The notes beneath the pieces are model-generated. The model searched no databases and was not told the DNA's origin. It saw nothing but the letters and a program-made list of their open reading frames with translations. From positions 1,152,001 through 1,216,000 of the forward strand of contig CAWBZI010000001.1 of assembly GCA_963793265.1 (NCBI GenBank): a DNA stretch of 64,000 nucleotides. Direction: 5' to 3'. This DNA is from an uncultured cyanobacterium (GTDB taxonomy: Bacteria > Cyanobacteriota > Cyanobacteriia > Phormidesmidales > Phormidesmidaceae). Made by a program: the position numbers and the translations under genes. This document shows positions 60,526-64,000 of the stretch, piece after piece (positions within the stretch are counted from its first letter, which is position 1; every line of letters begins with the position of its first letter).

Positions 60526-61089
60526 TTATTCATAAAGCCATGCTACTAACTCTCCGAGCGTTAAGCTAAAGCCTTCTGCAAAATCAGGAACCGGCAGTTG
60601 CGCATTAGGATCTTCGTAGAATACAGGTCGCCAATCAGGTCTATAAACAAAAACGCAGTTCTCAGCCGGAGCAATGAGCCATCCCATTTCAGTACCGTGC
60701 TCAAGGCTGCACAATATTTTCGCCATAACCTTTGTCTGACTCTGATCGGGCGATAGTATTTCAATCATCCAGGGAGGAGCTGCAAACAGCTCACCGTCCA
60801 TCATGCCTCTGTCATCTCTGGGTATTTTTGACCAGGGCAAGACGGTAATATCAGGAACGATTGAACGCCCACCAAATGTACAGCGCAACTCTGGAAATGC
60901 AAGCGCCTTGTGTTCAGCTTCGAGTACTGAATTGACAGATGTTGTGAGCTTGCCTTGTATGCGGCTGTGCGCTGCTTTCGGCATAGGCTTCTCAAGAATT
61001 TGACCATCTATGTACTCACTTGCTGGCTTCGTATCGGGCAGTTGAAGGAAGTCTTCTAAAGTAAGAGTTCTAGAGGGAGACTGTACCAT
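60526..61089 (-). CDS. Uma2 family (DUF820) protein
   Basis: LEDFLQLP.TKPASEYIDG, PELRCTF, VPDI and IEILSPDQ. Confidence 0.9.
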   Translation of the reverse strand: MVQSPSRTLTLEDFLQLPDTKPASEYIDGQILEKPMPKAAHSRIQGKLTTSVNSVLEAEHKALAFPELRCTFGGRSIVPDITVLPWSKIPRDDRGMMDGELFAAPPWMIEILSPDQSQTKVMAKILCSLEHGTEMGWLIAPAENCVFVYRPDWRPVFYEDPNAQLPVPDFAEGFSLTLGELVAWLYE

Positions 61090-61199
61090 AACAGGATGAG
61101 CCGTAAGCTTGGACTATCTGTATCGTATCTCATACTTAAAAGGGCACTAGATAAAATATCTAATGCCCTTTCCTATCTAACTATGTCAAGCGACTACCG

Positions 61200-62630
61200 C
61201 TAGCGAGCCCCAGCCATCGCCGGAACCTTCGCCTCAGACTTCTGCATCTCAGCTAATATAGCCGACACATTTGCCTTCGCATCACCAAAGAGCATCTGCG
61301 AATTGTCTTTATAGAACAAAGGATTGTCTACGCCTGCATATCCAACAGATAGAGAGCGCTTCATCACGACAACATTTGCTGCGTTCCACACTTCCAACAC
61401 AGGCATTCCTGCAATCGGACTGGTGGGATCGTCGAGTGCACTTGGGTTCACCGTGTCGTTTGCACCAATGACGAGTACGACATCAGTTTCTGTAAAGTCT
61501 TCATTAATTTCGTCCATTTCAAGCACGACATCATAAGGCACATTGGCTTCAGCTAATAGAACGTTCATGTGCCCTGGCAAACGACCTGCTACGGGGTGAA
61601 TGCCGAAGCGGACGGTTGTGCCGCGATCGCGCAAAATCTTCGTAATATCCGCCACCGCATGTTGCGCCTGAGCCACCGCCATCCCATAGCCCGGCGTAAT
61701 AATCACACTGCTCGCATCATTCAACAATTCAACCGTCTCTTCCACAGTCGTAGAAGTCGCCGTACCACCGGGCGCAGTCGCCCCAGAACTCTTCACAGCG
61801 CCCTGACCAAAGCCACCCAAAATCACGCTGATAAAAGAGCGATTCATCGCCTGACACATAATAATGCTCAAAATCGCACCGCTACTGCCCACCAGCGCAC
61901 CCGTCACAATCAACAGATCGTTCGAGAGCATAAAGCCCGCCGCCGCCGCTGCCCAGCCCGAATAGCTGTTCAACATCGAAATCACAACCGGCATATCCGC
62001 CCCGCCAATCGCTGCAACCAAGTGAGCGCCCAGCAGTCCAGCCAAACCACACATACCAAGCAGTGCAGGCAGGCCAGCCGAGCCTTCCGCGCCCATAAAG
62101 ACAAACCCAAGGGCAGCTGTGCCAGCCAATAAACCAATGTTCAACAGATGCCGACCTGGTAGCGTCAGCGGCTTACTGCTGATAATCGCCTTCAGCTTAC
62201 CAAAGGCAATCACAGAGCCCGTAAAGGTCACCGCGCCGATGAATACACCCACATAAATTTCAATCATGTGAATAGTCTCTTCTGCGCCAACTAGACCAGA
62301 CTCAGGCTGCAAGTAGTTACCAATACCAACCAGCACAGCGGCCAAACCAACAAAGCTATGCAGCACAGCCACCAGCTCAGGCATCTCCGTCATCTCAACC
62401 CGTGAGGCCAAAAACGCACCAATCACCACGCCCGGCAAGATCACCGCCGCTAGCACCGTGTAGTTTGTAATGCCAGCCCCCAGCGCGGTCGCGCCAATCG
62501 CCAGCGCCATCCCAATAATACCGTAGAGATTCCCACGCTTAGCCGTTTCTTGAGTAGACAATCCACCCAAACTTAAAATGAACAGAATGATAGCCGCAAT
62601 ATAAGCGACCGTCACTAAATTGTTGGACAT
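61200..62630 (-). CDS. pntB: NAD(P) transhydrogenase beta subunit
   Basis: [40 protein letters not shown] and [18 protein letters not shown]. Confidence 0.98.
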   Translation of the reverse strand: MSNNLVTVAYIAAIILFILSLGGLSTQETAKRGNLYGIIGMALAIGATALGAGITNYTVLAAVILPGVVIGAFLASRVEMTEMPELVAVLHSFVGLAAVLVGIGNYLQPESGLVGAEETIHMIEIYVGVFIGAVTFTGSVIAFGKLKAIISSKPLTLPGRHLLNIGLLAGTAALGFVFMGAEGSAGLPALLGMCGLAGLLGAHLVAAIGGADMPVVISMLNSYSGWAAAAAGFMLSNDLLIVTGALVGSSGAILSIIMCQAMNRSFISVILGGFGQGAVKSSGATAPGGTATSTTVEETVELLNDASSVIITPGYGMAVAQAQHAVADITKILRDRGTTVRFGIHPVAGRLPGHMNVLLAEANVPYDVVLEMDEINEDFTETDVVLVIGANDTVNPSALDDPTSPIAGMPVLEVWNAANVVVMKRSLSVGYAGVDNPLFYKDNSQMLFGDAKANVSAILAEMQKSEAKVPAMAGAR

Positions 62631-62739
62631 TGTTTATTTCCTTTGTTATTCCTTACCGTCACTCATCGCTTATCACCCGAAGCAAATCCCCTCTGGAGGG
62701 GTGCCCCCAAGGTGGGGTGGGTTCTTGCCTCTTGGCCCC

Positions 62740-64000
62740 TTACTTCCGAAACATCTTCAACATTCTCTGAGTCACCAAAAAGCCACCCGAAATATTAATC
62801 GTGCCGACCAAGATCGCGATCGCACCCAACACACTCGTCGCACTCCAAGCACCTTCCAGCGGCCCGCTCAACTGCAACAAACCGCCGATAATAATAATTC
62901 CACTAATCGCATTCGTCACACTCATCAGCGGCGTATGCAAAGACGGGCTCACATTCCAAATCACCTGCCAGCCCACAAAGCAGGCCAAAATAAACACCGT
63001 AAAGTGCGAGAGAAAAGAAGGTGGTGCGCTCAAACCAACTGCAACCAGCCCGCTAAACAAAGCCGCATAGCCCACCCACTTCACAACCGGAGAAGACTTC
63101 TTCTGTTCTACAACCGGCGCAGCCACCGCCGCAGGCTTAGCCACAGGAACAGGTGGCTTCTCAGGTTTAGGCGCAGGCCACTTCACCTCGCCCTCGTAGG
63201 TAATCAACGCCCCCCGCACCGCCTCATCGTCCATATCTACTCGAAACTCGTCCGAGCCGCCCATATCACTCAGCAAGTGATACAGATTCGTGCCATAAAG
63301 CTGACTAGACTGACTCGCCATCCGACTCGGAAAATCAGTAATGCCCACAATCGTGACATCGTGATAGCTATAAATTTCATCGGCCTTAGCCACCGCACAG
63401 TTGCCGCCTTGAGCTGCCGCCATATCCACAATCACCGAGCCCGGCTTCATACTCTCCACCATCTCTTTAGTGATCAGCAAAGGCGCTCGCTTACCCGGAA
63501 TCAGCGCCGTCGTGATAATAATGTCAACCTCTTTGGCCTGCTCAGCAAACAGCGCCATCTCCGCCTCAATAAACTCAGGGCTCATCGTCTTGGCATAGCC
63601 ACCATCGCCCGAACCATCTTCCTCAAAGTGCAGCTCCAGAAACTCAGCGCCCAGGCTCTCCACCTGCTCTTTCACCACCAGGCGAGTATCAAAAGCCCGC
63701 ACAATCGCACCTAAGCTCTTAGCCGCACCAATCGCTGCGAGGCCCGCAACGCCCGCGCCAATCACCATCACCTTACAGGGGGGCACCTTGCCCGCAGCCG
63801 TAATTTGCCCGGTAAAAAACCGGCCAAACTGATTTGCAGCCTCAATCACAGCCCGGTAGCCCGCAATATTCGCCATCGAGCTAAGCGCGTCCATCTTTTG
63901 CGCCCGGCTAATTCGAGGCACCGCATCCATCGCCAGCACCGTCGCTTGAGAGCTAGAGAGCTGATCGACCAGTCCTTTATTTTGCGCAGGCCATACAAAG
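62740..64000 (-). CDS. pntA: NAD(P) transhydrogenase alpha subunit (unsplit), 5' part outside the window
   Basis: [28 protein letters not shown] and [14 protein letters not shown]. Confidence 0.97.
   Translation of the reverse strand, partial: FVWPAQNKGLVDQLSSSQATVLAMDAVPRISRAQKMDALSSMANIAGYRAVIEAANQFGRFFTGQITAAGKVPPCKVMVIGAGVAGLAAIGAAKSLGAIVRAFDTRLVVKEQVESLGAEFLELHFEEDGSGDGGYAKTMSPEFIEAEMALFAEQAKEVDIIITTALIPGKRAPLLITKEMVESMKPGSVIVDMAAAQGGNCAVAKADEIYSYHDVTIVGITDFPSRMASQSSQLYGTNLYHLLSDMGGSDEFRVDMDDEAVRGALITYEGEVKWPAPKPEKPPVPVAKPAAVAAPVVEQKKSSPVVKWVGYAALFSGLVAVGLSAPPSFLSHFTVFILACFVGWQVIWNVSPSLHTPLMSVTNAISGIIIIGGLLQLSGPLEGAWSATSVLGAIAILVGTINISGGFLVTQRMLKMFRK

Larger units (their letters stand above)
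4401..62822. repeat. Dispersed HIP1 octamers (GCGATCGC)
   Basis: Dozens of copies, e.g. 4401, 5024, 6300, 7543, 18011, 18416, 21956, 56266 and 61623. Confidence 0.95.

Noticed and set aside
62620..63714. 364-aa + strand ORF, and similar antisense ORFs over uvrA, cas1, typA and the flotillins
   Set aside because: Shadow frames of well-supported genes on the opposite strand, with no recognisable motifs.
1..64000. IS elements, prophage or CRISPR-associated transposon genes
   Set aside because: No transposase, integrase, Tns or phage structural motifs in any ORF.

Overview
Cyanobacterial chromosomal window, judged from abundant HIP1 octamers (GCGATCGC) and cyanobacteria-type genes (sipA, gap1, Uma2 proteins). 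The first 11.8 kb holds a type I-D CRISPR-Cas locus: partial csc2/cas7, csc1/cas5, HD-less cas3', cas6, cas4, cas1 and cas2, then a Uma2 gene, a leader and an array of 56 repeats of 37 nt with 55 spacers. The degenerate last repeat runs straight into a PIN toxin-antitoxin pair. The rest mixes housekeeping genes (uvrA, aldehyde dehydrogenase, gap1, rarA, typA, cbiX behind a cobalamin riboswitch, sipA, tRNA-Lys, fbaA, pntAB, two histidine kinases, NfeD plus two flotillins) with accessory modules: further TA pairs, an EACC1-like/caspase/FGE conflict module split by a frameshift, a translationally coupled pair of STAND-like ATPases, two tandem G8-domain paralogues and a small-protein/aspartic-protease pair. 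Three observations stand out. (1) Local G/C strand skew repeatedly flips at HIP1 sites, regardless of gene strand. (2) The terminal CRISPR repeat supplies the Shine-Dalgarno of the antitoxin, and the predicted Cas6 cut falls inside it. (3) A ~200-nt multi-hairpin, attenuator-like leader precedes a small uncharacterised gene. All calls are by eye from motifs; no searches were run.
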